Below, piece by piece: positions 18,416 to 28,468 of a stretch of DNA of 64,000 nucleotides. Made by a program: the position numbers and the translations under genes. Each line of letters opens with the position of its first letter. Position 1 is the stretch's first letter. Location: sequence record MH221129.1; one strand, given 5' to 3'. The notes under the pieces are model-generated. The model was given only the letters and a program-made list of their open reading frames with translations. It was not told the DNA's origin and ran no database searches.

Positions 18416-18436
18416 GGCGGTACGCCGTGTACCGCC
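18416..18436. other. GC-rich stem-loop between the two head-protein paralogs
   Basis: GGCGGTAC-N5-GTACCGCC with no U-tract; abuts the SD of the 18399 gene. Confidence 0.6.
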
Positions 18437-18476
18437 ATTAATGATTTGTCAACCGACGTTTAGTGCGTAAAGCGGA

Positions 18477-19754
18477 TTAAGCTTTAGACTTTTCGTAAGC
18501 GCCAATACCAGCACCGATGTAGCCATTCAGGCCGCTGATAACGGTGTTACCAACGTAGGTTACAGCACGGTTCAGAGTCTGGTAGTTGCGGACAGCCTGG
18601 TCAGCAGCGGAACGTGCGTTACGCAGACCTTCCCACTCGCCTTCGTTGTTAGACTTGTCCAGTGCAGCTGCGGCTTTCTCTGCAGCTTGCTCCAGTTTCT
18701 CAACTTCGCTGTCGTAGCTACGGAAGTCTTGCAGGACTTTCTCGAAGCCTTTACCAACAGTGTCCAGACCGGATGCAGCAGACGCCAGCGCGGCGATTGC
18801 CGGAGTAGCGATTTCTTTCTCTTCGGAGCTGTCGCCCGTAGACAGGAACGCTACTGCAGTGAAGTCCTGGCCGCCGGCCAGAGTTTTGCTACCGGTTTGG
18901 ATGTAGGCGTTGCCCGGCAGAGCCAGAACTTTCTGACCGCCTTCGCCGTCTTCGAACTGCGGCAGGTTACGCATTTTGGAAGCAGCAGTACCGAACAGAG
19001 TAACAGCAACAGCGCCTTTGGCAGCAGTCGCGGTACCTTCTGCGGTTTTGGTGATCGCTACAGCAGAGTCAGCTGCCTGAGTAGACAGTGCACCGATAGC
19101 CGCTTTCGCTTTACCGCCGGTCAGCTCTTTCGCGATGGCGATAGAGTTAGCTACATCGAACTTGCCTTCGATAGACAGTTTGCTGATGAAGCCGCCGGAG
19201 ATGTTTTCTTTCTTCTGCTTGCCGAGCTTACGGATCGCTTCCTGGTAGGCTTTCGCACGTTTCTGTGCAGATTTACCTACGTTGAAGTATTTCAGTTTCA
19301 GCTCTTTCGCTTTCGCCAGGACCGCTTTACACAGTTCAACGAAACGTTTGTACAGATCTTTCAGGGTTTCTTTCCAGCCTTCCTGCGCAGCTTTGGTCAT
19401 ACCGCGGCCACGGCGATAGGATTCGCGCGCCAGTTTGGTGCGGTCGATACCCCAACGCTTACGGATGCTTTCCTGAGCGACTTCGGCGTGAGCGATGGCT
19501 TCTTCAGACATCTCTTCGCCGTTTTCGATTTTCTCGTCAGCAGAGTCGATCGCAGCTTCGGTACGCTCGGTGTCAGCAGCCAGGGTTTCCTGGTCGCCGT
19601 CGAGCTGATCCAGTTGGCCGTCGATAGAAGCGACTTCTGCCAGCTGAACGTCGATGTTCTCTTCTGCCGGCTCAACGTTGCTGATACCGTCGATTACATC
19701 GCCGGTTGCCTCAGCGGACTCACGAGCGATTTTACGTTGTGCAAAATTTGCCAT
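18477..19754 (-). CDS. High-copy internal head (ejection) protein, SPN3US gp53 / phiKZ gp93 family
   Basis: 425 aa; AQE at residue 125 followed by GWKETLKDLYKRF; acidic propeptide. Confidence 0.85.
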   Translation of the reverse strand: MANFAQRKIARESAEATGDVIDGISNVEPAEENIDVQLAEVASIDGQLDQLDGDQETLAADTERTEAAIDSADEKIENGEEMSEEAIAHAEVAQESIRKRWGIDRTKLARESYRRGRGMTKAAQEGWKETLKDLYKRFVELCKAVLAKAKELKLKYFNVGKSAQKRAKAYQEAIRKLGKQKKENISGGFISKLSIEGKFDVANSIAIAKELTGGKAKAAIGALSTQAADSAVAITKTAEGTATAAKGAVAVTLFGTAASKMRNLPQFEDGEGGQKVLALPGNAYIQTGSKTLAGGQDFTAVAFLSTGDSSEEKEIATPAIAALASAASGLDTVGKGFEKVLQDFRSYDSEVEKLEQAAEKAAAALDKSNNEGEWEGLRNARSAADQAVRNYQTLNRAVTYVGNTVISGLNGYIGAGIGAYEKSKA

Positions 19755-19809
19755 TTCGTTTGGTTCCTTTGGTTATAACCCAATTACACGCCCCTGGATA
19801 GGGGCCCCC

Positions 19810-20367
19810 TTAGGGACGTGCGATTTTTAAAAACACTGCTAACGACGAGATCATATCGGATAATCCGTTTGGACGCGTCATCCAACGTGCCAGCAGTTCG
19901 TGGTCTGCATAAGATAATAGACGGGTGTCCGCCTGATAAGTCTGATGCGCTTTACCCATAGAACGCACGGAACCGCTACGGCCGAATGCCGCTGCCAGTA
20001 AACGTGAGCCCAGGGAGCCGGTCTGCTCTACCTGCTTGGTAGAATGGACATCGTTCATGTACGATACCAACAGCACTGACCACTGACCGGTTGACACAGT
20101 ACGGCGCTTACCGTCCAGCAAGAAAGCCGCAGTTTCGTTATAGAACGTATTAAACGTAAAGCCGACCTGCGGATATTCGTCATATAATACCTGCTGGACA
20201 GACTCTGCGGACATCAAACGAAAGTACGGCAGTACCACTGCGGCAGCAGCCAACGTCTCATGAATCAAGTCGTCGTCGTGTACGAGCACGGGGTTTTGGG
20301 CTAATTTCGCCATGTAGTTTTTGATTAACTTCTCGGCGAGGTTGAAATTGGGGTCATTCTCAAACAT
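19810..20367 (-). CDS. Head protein (SPN3US gp52 position)
   Basis: 185 aa, SD AGGAG, synteny. Confidence 0.6.
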   Translation of the reverse strand: MFENDPNFNLAEKLIKNYMAKLAQNPVLVHDDDLIHETLAAAAVVLPYFRLMSAESVQQVLYDEYPQVGFTFNTFYNETAAFLLDGKRRTVSTGQWSVLLVSYMNDVHSTKQVEQTGSLGSRLLAAAFGRSGSVRSMGKAHQTYQADTRLLSYADHELLARWMTRPNGLSDMISSLAVFLKIARP

Positions 20368-20391
20368 GACGTTCTCCTGATTATACGGCCC

Positions 20392-21324
20392 TTAGGCCAG
20401 GCCGTATTTTTTCTCCAGACGTTCACGCTTGTACTTGAGTTCCATCAAACGCTTCTCATGCGCTTCGATGAGTTTCTCAATGTGCACGTCCCCTTCACCG
20501 GCAGCCTGTTGTTTCTTGTACAGCAGAATACGCAGCTCAGTAGCTTTCGCGGCTTCCACGCACTCGTCGTACCGATCCATTTGCCACTCAGCAATATTCA
20601 GACGTACGCGATAGATGATGGACAGCGGGAATGGAACCGAGGACATGCCTAACGGGTCAGTCGTGCTCGAACCGAACTGCTGAACCAAATCGTTATACGT
20701 GTCTTCGTCAAACACCGCTTCTGGAATCTCAGCGTAGTCTGCTTTCAGCTTGGCAATAGGCGTTGCCAGGACGCGCACCGCAATACAGAAGGACGTCTTA
20801 CGAGTTTGCAGATACTGAAGGTCTTTCGGACCGATTCCCTTCACTGCAATGTTAGAGCCCGGTATGGCGGCAATTTCTTCGGCCGTGATGTAGTTAATCA
20901 GGGTGCCAGCGTAACCGACGAAGAACTCGATCATATCCAGCATCTGCAACACGGTCTGTTTGTTGAACGTGAGAGAAGACGTCACCAGAGTTTTTCCGAT
21001 GTCGCGGTCGATACACTGTTCAAGGAACGGACGCAGCGCCTGTACGTTCTGCATAGTCGCTACGACGTACTCCAGCATAGATGGTTCACGCAGCCCCTTG
21101 ACGTCCAGTCCGGACCCACGAAGATACTTGACCATCTCAGTAGACAGCTCGGCAACCGGTTTCGCTTTGAACGGTTTGCCTTGCACGCTGCCTACCAATT
21201 CCTGGAGGTTCGTGAACTGTGGCTCTAACGCAGCAATGGAATCGCAGTTAGATGACAGTTGGTTTTTAAGATTGGTGGCTTCGAAGCTCGGAAGCAACAT
21301 CGCCAACATATTTGGAATCGGCAT
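20392..21324 (-). CDS. Head protein (SPN3US gp51 / phiKZ gp90 position)
   Basis: 310 aa, C-terminal coiled coil, synteny. Confidence 0.6.
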   Translation of the reverse strand: MPIPNMLAMLLPSFEATNLKNQLSSNCDSIAALEPQFTNLQELVGSVQGKPFKAKPVAELSTEMVKYLRGSGLDVKGLREPSMLEYVVATMQNVQALRPFLEQCIDRDIGKTLVTSSLTFNKQTVLQMLDMIEFFVGYAGTLINYITAEEIAAIPGSNIAVKGIGPKDLQYLQTRKTSFCIAVRVLATPIAKLKADYAEIPEAVFDEDTYNDLVQQFGSSTTDPLGMSSVPFPLSIIYRVRLNIAEWQMDRYDECVEAAKATELRILLYKKQQAAGEGDVHIEKLIEAHEKRLMELKYKRERLEKKYGLA

Positions 21325-21335
21325 TCTTTTACCCC

Positions 21336-22454
21336 TTACAGTACCGGTTGCGCGCCAGAGCGATAGGCTTCGATGATTTTGTTCACATCAGCGCTACCGG
21401 ACTTCGACTTGCTAAAGTCAGATTTATCGAGTTCTTGCGAGCCATTCTGACCACGGGTGTAAATGGTGACGCGGTTCCAGGTCTGGTCTACCACTACGTA
21501 GTAAACGGTCAGGGTATCTTTGAACACACGTTGACGAATGTTGAAATCGTCAAAATCACCACCCAGTTGTGCGGTCAGGCCATCAATGGTTTCCTGAGAA
21601 ACAATCATGATGGAAGAGGCGTTGTTGATGGACGGAGACAGACTCAACAGGCCAGACAGCCAGTTGCCGTTTTTCTTCTCCATCATCTTACGGTAATAGC
21701 CAGACTTGTCGCGGAAACGATTCTTACGATATTCTTCGATAAGGTCGTTACACAGCGCGATGTCTTTTGCGTAACCGAGCATCCCCACTTTCGCGCGGAG
21801 GACACGTTCCCAGAAAGTCTTGGTCTGGTCACTGAACGCAATAAGCGTTTCCATCTGTTCGGTCGGCACGGAACTTACGTCGAGCTTCAGACGCATCGGC
21901 AGCTCAACTTTGTTCCCGTCGCGTTCGAACACAACAGAGAATTGTTTACCGGTGGACAGCCCTTCTTGTTCTTGCAGGAACTTCAGGGTGTTGTTCGGCA
22001 GGACCGCATTCGCGGAGGATTCGTGTGCCACTTTATTGTCAGCTTTCTGGCGACGAGATTCCCCAACCGCGATACCGATTTTATCGTATGACGGCAAGCC
22101 AAAGCGGGAGGATTCGCCGATTGCGAACTTCGCTAAGCGTGCGCCGCTACGGGCCGCGTTATCCAGCGTGTTACGACGGGTGCTAACCTGATCGAGCGTG
22201 CCCAGGATATCAACCTCTGGTACACCCACCAGTAAAGAGATGGCGGTTAGCTGGTTACCGGCGAGCAGGACTTGGAGTTTCTCCAGAATGCCTGGCAGGT
22301 AATCAACGCCCAACAGGCTTTGTTCAACCAGCGTCGTGTGCTCGTTGTACAGCACAGAGTTGAATTCTTCCACCGATTCCGCACGCTGACGAAGCAGCAT
22401 GGGAAACTTAGAAAGAAAGGAGACGAGCGATGTCTCAAAAGTTTTTTCTGCCAT
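21336..22454 (-). CDS. Head protein (SPN3US gp50 / phiKZ gp89 position)
   Basis: 372 aa, AHE/S candidate protease site, synteny. Confidence 0.6.
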   Translation of the reverse strand: MAEKTFETSLVSFLSKFPMLLRQRAESVEEFNSVLYNEHTTLVEQSLLGVDYLPGILEKLQVLLAGNQLTAISLLVGVPEVDILGTLDQVSTRRNTLDNAARSGARLAKFAIGESSRFGLPSYDKIGIAVGESRRQKADNKVAHESSANAVLPNNTLKFLQEQEGLSTGKQFSVVFERDGNKVELPMRLKLDVSSVPTEQMETLIAFSDQTKTFWERVLRAKVGMLGYAKDIALCNDLIEEYRKNRFRDKSGYYRKMMEKKNGNWLSGLLSLSPSINNASSIMIVSQETIDGLTAQLGGDFDDFNIRQRVFKDTLTVYYVVVDQTWNRVTIYTRGQNGSQELDKSDFSKSKSGSADVNKIIEAYRSGAQPVL

Positions 22455-22463
22455 TTTTAACTA

Positions 22464-22475
22464 AACTCCGGAGTT
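22464..22475. promoter_or_regulatory. Palindrome AACTCCGGAGTT supplying the SD for both divergent genes
   Basis: Perfect 12-bp palindrome in a 22-nt gap between opposite ATGs; GGAG on both strands. Confidence 0.6.
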
Positions 22476-22476
22476 A

Positions 22477-23742
22477 ATGATGAGTAACGAGACCGATAAG
22501 AACGATCCGGGGTATGACCCGAACACCGACTACGATAATTCGTATCAGAACCCGAACAATATCGATGCCGTGCCATCAGTCGCCGACTATTACGACCGTC
22601 GTTTGTCTGACGCGAAACCCACCACGGCGTATAATGCTAATGATGAGTTAACCGGATGGAACGACCGTATCCGCCTTACGTTAGGTTTGGGTCTGGCTGC
22701 GCAGCGTGTGACCAACCCCTACATGGGGTTCAACCATATGATGGCGTCGAACCCGACGCCGGTTAACCGTGAATACGGTGGCATCACCTTAGTTACCCGT
22801 CCCGACTTCAACTTGTGTTTTGACAACATCGCCAACTCACGTAAGATGTCGAACATGGCCTCCCAGCCTAAATCCTCACTTGACTACTCTATTTTGGCGG
22901 CACTGGACCCGGACTTCGAGTTGGGGTTCTCGGACTCACCGATGTATAAAGGTCGTCGAAGAAACCGGCTGGGCACACCATTCCTGAAAGACATCATGTT
23001 TGACAATCTACAGGCTTTCATACCATTGCTCAGTACACAAATGATGAGCCTCTCTGGGATGCCTGACCAGTCCGTCGACAACTGGATGTCAAACGAAGGG
23101 TTGATGCGTGAACAGTGGGGGATGGTTGACTCAACGCACGAAATCAATAACCAGTACAGCATGAGCATGTCGCTGAACAACCCGTACGGCAACCCGATTA
23201 TGCGCATGATGGGTGTATGGTTAGAATACATGTCCGGTGTTAAAATGGGCAAGTTCAAACCCAAGATGCGAAACTCTATTCAGCGTCGCATCGATTACCA
23301 ATCACGCATGTACGGTTTCAAGTACGACGCCTTAGGCAACATCACCCGTTTCTGGACAGCCTGCGTGGCATGGCCAATGAACGATAACGCTGGTCAGATG
23401 GCGAACGTTGACAACTCGAAACCGCAGATGAGCGACGACACCACCATTAACCTGAACTGGCAATGTATCGGGGCACGTTTCGACGACCCGCTGTACATGG
23501 AGATGTTTAACCTGACGGTGGCGATGTTTAACCCGGATATGGCTCCTCAACCTGGGACGGTGTCTTCCGGTAACTTTGTACCGGTGGCTGCTGACCAATT
23601 GGTGCCGATTCCGCCGCAGTTGTTACCGCTGTTTAACTACTACGGTTATCCACACATCGACTCCTTGCGTCGTAAATTGACGTGGTACGTCTATCAGGCG
23701 GACTACCAACACATTCTGAAGAGAGCGGGCTTACTTTCATGA
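22477..23742 (+). CDS. Tail-tube-fold baseplate protein (phiKZ gp88 / SPN3US gp49 position)
   Basis: 421 aa (start may be 22480). Synteny with the wedge gene; the pattern resembles T4 gp19/gp54 (inference). Confidence 0.55.
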   Translation: MMSNETDKNDPGYDPNTDYDNSYQNPNNIDAVPSVADYYDRRLSDAKPTTAYNANDELTGWNDRIRLTLGLGLAAQRVTNPYMGFNHMMASNPTPVNREYGGITLVTRPDFNLCFDNIANSRKMSNMASQPKSSLDYSILAALDPDFELGFSDSPMYKGRRRNRLGTPFLKDIMFDNLQAFIPLLSTQMMSLSGMPDQSVDNWMSNEGLMREQWGMVDSTHEINNQYSMSMSLNNPYGNPIMRMMGVWLEYMSGVKMGKFKPKMRNSIQRRIDYQSRMYGFKYDALGNITRFWTACVAWPMNDNAGQMANVDNSKPQMSDDTTINLNWQCIGARFDDPLYMEMFNLTVAMFNPDMAPQPGTVSSGNFVPVAADQLVPIPPQLLPLFNYYGYPHIDSLRRKLTWYVYQADYQHILKRAGLLS

Positions 23743-26699
23743 CAACGAAAACTTACGATGCTTTAGCGAACGACCTGTTGCTGCTGGCGCATAACCCGTC
23801 AGCGATGCAGTCGCTGATGCTTAACCAGTTGCAGGACGTTGCTGATGCCGACGGTCAAATCCTGCTGCGCGACCCAACCGACCCCGTCGTTTACATGAAC
23901 GAAGTGGGTATCACCATGGGCCACACCATCATTCAGGGAGACCGGGAAACGATTCCAAAGATGTTTCCATCAATGGCGCAGACGTACGACGACTTGTTCC
24001 GTCACATGTCTGACGTGGATTACGTCGATGTGTTTGCACAGCCGTCAACGGCGGAGCTGCTGTTGTTAATTGACGTTGACTCGTTAATGTCCAAAGCGAT
24101 GCCTCTGAACGTTGCCGGGATTCGTAAAGTCGTCATTCCGCGTGATACTATCTTTACCGTATCAGGTTATACCTTTGCGATTCAGTATCCGATTGAGATT
24201 CGTGTGCTGCCGTATGGCACGACTGACAACCCAGCATTCCAGGTACTCTGGATTACCGAGAATCAGTCACCGGTTGCCCCGGTATCCACAAACGCGCTGG
24301 ATTGGGAACTGACCAGTGCGCCGACGACGACATCACAGCTGTTGGCTATCCGCATCCCTACGATGCAGTATGCCGTAAAAGACGAAACCGATACGCTGAT
24401 GGGTCAGAACACGTTTGTAATGACACGCGCGTTCACGAACAAGTTCTTCTACGTTCGTGTCTGGAACAAACCCACCAACTCCAGCACCTGGACGGAAATC
24501 ATTCACACGCACAGTCGTGACGTGTATGACCCGAACACCCCAACCGCGCTGATTCAGGTAGCGAACCAAACTATTCGTTGCACCATCCCGTCAATCTACA
24601 TGGCGAAGAATTTGGTGAGCGGTGAGATTCGCATGGATGTTTACACGACCCTGGGTGCTTTAAACCTTGACGTGTCGGCATTCCCATCTGACGAATACAC
24701 GTTCTCGCTGCGTGACCTTAACGGTGAGTACGACGCCAACTACGTCAACCCCATCAAATCGTTCTCGATTAAAATGTTGGTTGCTGAAGAAGGCAGTTAT
24801 GCGACAGGTGGTCGTGGGGCACTGACGTTCGATGACCTGCGTGAACGTGTAGTGAATAACGCGGTAGGTGCTCGCAAGCTCCCGGTCACCGAAAAGCAAA
24901 TGGAAGCCACGGTGAGTGACTACGGTCTGACGTTATCAAAACCTAACGATTATGTTACCGGCCGTACGTACTTCCTTACTGCACCGATGCTCGATTCGAC
25001 CATTCCTCGTGTCAGTTCACCCATCGGAACTATTACCGCCCCGCTGTATTTCAGTTGGGACGAGCTGGTTGGTCTGCCTACCGTGAAAGTAAACGGTAAT
25101 CGTCTGACGATTCAACCAGATACGCTGTATCGCTTCACAGACACCAGTCTGCAAGTTGATGCAGAGATGACGGCGTTAGCAAAAACGATGCGTAAAGAGG
25201 ACCTGGTGAACGCTGGGAATACATCACGCTATCTGTTCACGCCATTCCACTACGTAGTGGACATCAACAACAAATCATGCGACGTACGTATCTATCAGCT
25301 TGACAAGCCAACGCTGAATTCGAAACGTTTCGTCACCACTAACGTTACCACTGAGCTAAGTGTGGTCACGGCTGACTACGAGATTTTGAAAACCGCCGAA
25401 GGTTACGTTCTTCGCACGGTAACAAAATCTGAGCCACCGTATCAGGCGCTGAGCGATGACCAAGTGTTTGCACAGATATCCTTTACGCCGCGTAACTCGG
25501 ATGGGAAACTGGCTTACATCAACGGTACGTTGGTTGGGATGCAAGGTTCTGAGCGTGTCTGGGAGTTCCTGCTGGCCACCAACCTGGATGTGGACCGCAA
25601 CGATGAGCTGGTGATTAACAACACGCGTATTACCACAGACGTGGATGTTGACACACCGGTACCACTGCTGACGGACTACAACGTGTTCTACGGCTGCTCA
25701 GGCTACTACCCTGGTAACTACGAGCGGGCGGAGATGGACACAATGATTGTGCCGCCAACCCGTGACTCCATCGGTATCACTCACGAGATTTTCAAAATCG
25801 AACTGGGTAAAGCGATGACGTACTACTGGCGTACTGCACGTGCTGTGACTGACACCATCAACTACGAGTATTATCAGGAAGATGTGTTGGCGGTCTGGGA
25901 GCAGGATGTTATCAAGACAAAAGCGGATGGAATAACGCCGGAATATACGTACGATCCGAACGCCACACCACCGTTACAGATTACGTACCTGCACCGTAAA
26001 GGTGATCCGAAGATTAACGAGGAAACGGGTGAGCAAGAGATTGCCCACGAGAAAGGTTCTCAAGTCTTGGATGACTACGGTCAACCGTCCATCGCTAAAC
26101 CTCGCTCCATTAAGTTCCGTAGCGAGATGGCGGTGTTCGATGCCCGTTATAAGTTTGCGAACACGAAAGCGGTGAAAGAGTACCTGGACAGCGTGATTGC
26201 AAACATTGTCAACTACGTCACGGTGACGTTGCCAATACTGAAACCGTTGTTACTGGAACTGACCAAAGGGTATTTCGTTCCGATTACCACGATGGGGTAT
26301 ATCGATGCGCGTACCGAGGACGGTGTTGTTACGCCGTTACCGGCCGAGAACCAGTTCACTGTGAAGTATTATCTCACTGCCGCCAACCGTTCGAACTCCG
26401 ACTTGCTGACGCAGATTCGTAAGAAGACTTCACAAGTCATCAACACGTATCTGGCTGCTAACCTGACCATCTCTGCGACTGAAATCGGTAACGCCTTGCG
26501 TGAAGCGCTAAGCGATGCTGTAATTGGTGTCGAGTTGGACAACATGGGGCCGAACAAAGACCTGCGTCTGTTTACGGTAGTCTCCGAAGCATCACGCGCC
26601 ACTATTGGGAAGAAACTCGACATCGAGGCCAATGGTGAAATCGGGCTGAAAGATGACATCGTTGTGTCGTACAACCGTCACGATACAGACAAAGAATAA
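23739..26699 (+). CDS. Baseplate wedge protein, T4 gp6-like (phiKZ gp87 / SPN3US gp48)
   Basis: ATG 23739 in an ATGA overlap; about 986 aa. GGRGALTFDDLRERV resembles the gp6/baseplate-J GGxDxES..lR motif. Confidence 0.7.
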   Translation: MTTKTYDALANDLLLLAHNPSAMQSLMLNQLQDVADADGQILLRDPTDPVVYMNEVGITMGHTIIQGDRETIPKMFPSMAQTYDDLFRHMSDVDYVDVFAQPSTAELLLLIDVDSLMSKAMPLNVAGIRKVVIPRDTIFTVSGYTFAIQYPIEIRVLPYGTTDNPAFQVLWITENQSPVAPVSTNALDWELTSAPTTTSQLLAIRIPTMQYAVKDETDTLMGQNTFVMTRAFTNKFFYVRVWNKPTNSSTWTEIIHTHSRDVYDPNTPTALIQVANQTIRCTIPSIYMAKNLVSGEIRMDVYTTLGALNLDVSAFPSDEYTFSLRDLNGEYDANYVNPIKSFSIKMLVAEEGSYATGGRGALTFDDLRERVVNNAVGARKLPVTEKQMEATVSDYGLTLSKPNDYVTGRTYFLTAPMLDSTIPRVSSPIGTITAPLYFSWDELVGLPTVKVNGNRLTIQPDTLYRFTDTSLQVDAEMTALAKTMRKEDLVNAGNTSRYLFTPFHYVVDINNKSCDVRIYQLDKPTLNSKRFVTTNVTTELSVVTADYEILKTAEGYVLRTVTKSEPPYQALSDDQVFAQISFTPRNSDGKLAYINGTLVGMQGSERVWEFLLATNLDVDRNDELVINNTRITTDVDVDTPVPLLTDYNVFYGCSGYYPGNYERAEMDTMIVPPTRDSIGITHEIFKIELGKAMTYYWRTARAVTDTINYEYYQEDVLAVWEQDVIKTKADGITPEYTYDPNATPPLQITYLHRKGDPKINEETGEQEIAHEKGSQVLDDYGQPSIAKPRSIKFRSEMAVFDARYKFANTKAVKEYLDSVIANIVNYVTVTLPILKPLLLELTKGYFVPITTMGYIDARTEDGVVTPLPAENQFTVKYYLTAANRSNSDLLTQIRKKTSQVINTYLAANLTISATEIGNALREALSDAVIGVELDNMGPNKDLRLFTVVSEASRATIGKKLDIEANGEIGLKDDIVVSYNRHDTDKE

Positions 26700-26745
26700 A
26701 AAAGCACTACCCACTCCTTTTCGGGAGTGGGTAGCCTTTTATTTT
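26697..26745. terminator. Bidirectional terminator between convergent genes
   Basis: A-tract, CTACCCACTCC-TTTTCG-GGAGTGGGTAG, then T-tract. Confidence 0.85.
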
Positions 26746-28468
26746 AATCGCCGGTGCTGATGTTATTGCCTTTCACCAACGGGTTACGCTTCGCTAAGTT
26801 CAGGATAGTCTGGAGCGTTGCCGCGCCCTGACAGATGCGACGCACGATACCGAGATTCTTACGCAGGATTGCAAAGAAGTCGGCGTCATCCTGGCCTTTG
26901 TAGAAGACCATCGATAGTTCACGCCCGCCTGTTTTCAGGCCGTTGCCACGTTCCAGTTCCTTCATGATAACTTCGCTAATCAAGGTCACGTATTTCGCGT
27001 TGTCCTTGACGGTTTGTTCGAAGTCTTTCACTTTGGTGATAGTTTGCTGAACAGCTTTATCCAGGTCACTGTAGCGATTGAGTTGTGTGATTGCGGTATT
27101 GTCGATGAACCCTTGTTTACCAAGAGTAACCACCACCGCTAACAGCTCACGTTCGTCACCGATTGAAACCACGCCCGCCTGACGGAGCTGCTCTAAGCAT
27201 TCACGTCCTAAGAACGCGGATGCTTGCGCGTTAACAATCACTTTGCCCGGCATGAATTCCACACCGTCGTCGTGACCCACGAGTCCACGAGCCATACCTT
27301 CCGGCATTACCACCGACGGACAGGTGTCCGCACCAAAGCCGCGTTTCGTCACATCCGACACCATGTAGTTCATTGAGGTGTTCAGATTAGCGAGAGCCTG
27401 GCCAAAGATAGCCGCACTGTCGTGTGCCACTTTGTTTACCAGTGTGCCGTTGTGCTCAGTACGTGGCTGTCCGTTTTCATTCATGCCTGCTGCCACTTTC
27501 GGGTCAGACATTTCAGCGAACGCTTTCTGCAATGAGCCAAAGTACCCAACGAGTTCACTTGCCGCATTCGACAACTGTTTGTAGTTCAACTCGTTCGGAA
27601 TACGCACACCCGCTTCGCGGACCTTTTTCGGTAAACCTGCGTGGGCTTTCGCGGCAGTCTGCGCTGGGTAAACACCGTACGTTACGTTGTTCTGTAGCAG
27701 AGTATCGAGGATGTCGTGAATCACGTTCTGCTGCGATTGACGTTTCTTCGGATAGTTCTTAAACAGCTCAATGAACGGCGAACGTTTCAGCATGGAGCTG
27801 AGGTCGTTCAGGTATTCTTCGGCGTGCATGTTGGTCAGCACATCGTCTGCCAGCGTCACAGCAATGTTCAGGTTTTCCAGGTCACGACCTTTCAAACCCT
27901 TTGCAGCTTCCATGTACGCATCTTTAACAGCGGTCGTTTTCAGCTGGCCGAGAACGGTGTTTTCGTCGGTGCTGAAGCTTTCGACTTTCTCGTTCACTTT
28001 TTCCAGATACGCTTCACCGTCTGGCTGCGCGTTACCAGCAAAGCCGCTGCCGTTGTTGATAATCCATCCCACGATTTTCACAATCGCCGTCATGATCAGA
28101 ACAACCAGACCGACTTTACCTGCATTTGCCCAAGACTCTAACGCGACGACCGTTTCTTTCTGGTGCGTCTTTGTGTAGTTCGAGGTCAGGATACTGCGAA
28201 CGGCTTGTGGAATGGTGCCAGGACGAGAAGACTCCACCGCAACTGCCACGTCACGAGACAGGCCATCACGACGAACTTCTTCCAGAATCGCTTCCAGCTG
28301 GAGAACCAGACGGGAGCCGTAAATCAGATCGGCTTCGTTGCGCTGCATGTAGAGGTTGAGCTGGTTGACAGAATCAATACGCTCAGCCATACGAGAACGC
28401 AGGACTTCACCAATCTCCCCCAAACGCCATTTGGGGTGGGAGGCGTTACCTGTCATTTCCATGCTCAT
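26744..28468 (-). CDS. Head protein (SPN3US gp47 / phiKZ gp86 position)
   Basis: 574 aa; VALE/SW site followed by the hydrophobic helix GLVVLIMTAIVKIVGWII. Confidence 0.65.
   Translation of the reverse strand: MSMEMTGNASHPKWRLGEIGEVLRSRMAERIDSVNQLNLYMQRNEADLIYGSRLVLQLEAILEEVRRDGLSRDVAVAVESSRPGTIPQAVRSILTSNYTKTHQKETVVALESWANAGKVGLVVLIMTAIVKIVGWIINNGSGFAGNAQPDGEAYLEKVNEKVESFSTDENTVLGQLKTTAVKDAYMEAAKGLKGRDLENLNIAVTLADDVLTNMHAEEYLNDLSSMLKRSPFIELFKNYPKKRQSQQNVIHDILDTLLQNNVTYGVYPAQTAAKAHAGLPKKVREAGVRIPNELNYKQLSNAASELVGYFGSLQKAFAEMSDPKVAAGMNENGQPRTEHNGTLVNKVAHDSAAIFGQALANLNTSMNYMVSDVTKRGFGADTCPSVVMPEGMARGLVGHDDGVEFMPGKVIVNAQASAFLGRECLEQLRQAGVVSIGDERELLAVVVTLGKQGFIDNTAITQLNRYSDLDKAVQQTITKVKDFEQTVKDNAKYVTLISEVIMKELERGNGLKTGGRELSMVFYKGQDDADFFAILRKNLGIVRRICQGAATLQTILNLAKRNPLVKGNNISTGD

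Noticed and set aside
17365-19778. Long + ORFs 17365..18363 and 18687..19778
   Set aside because: Antisense shadows of the highly expressed head-protein paralogs.
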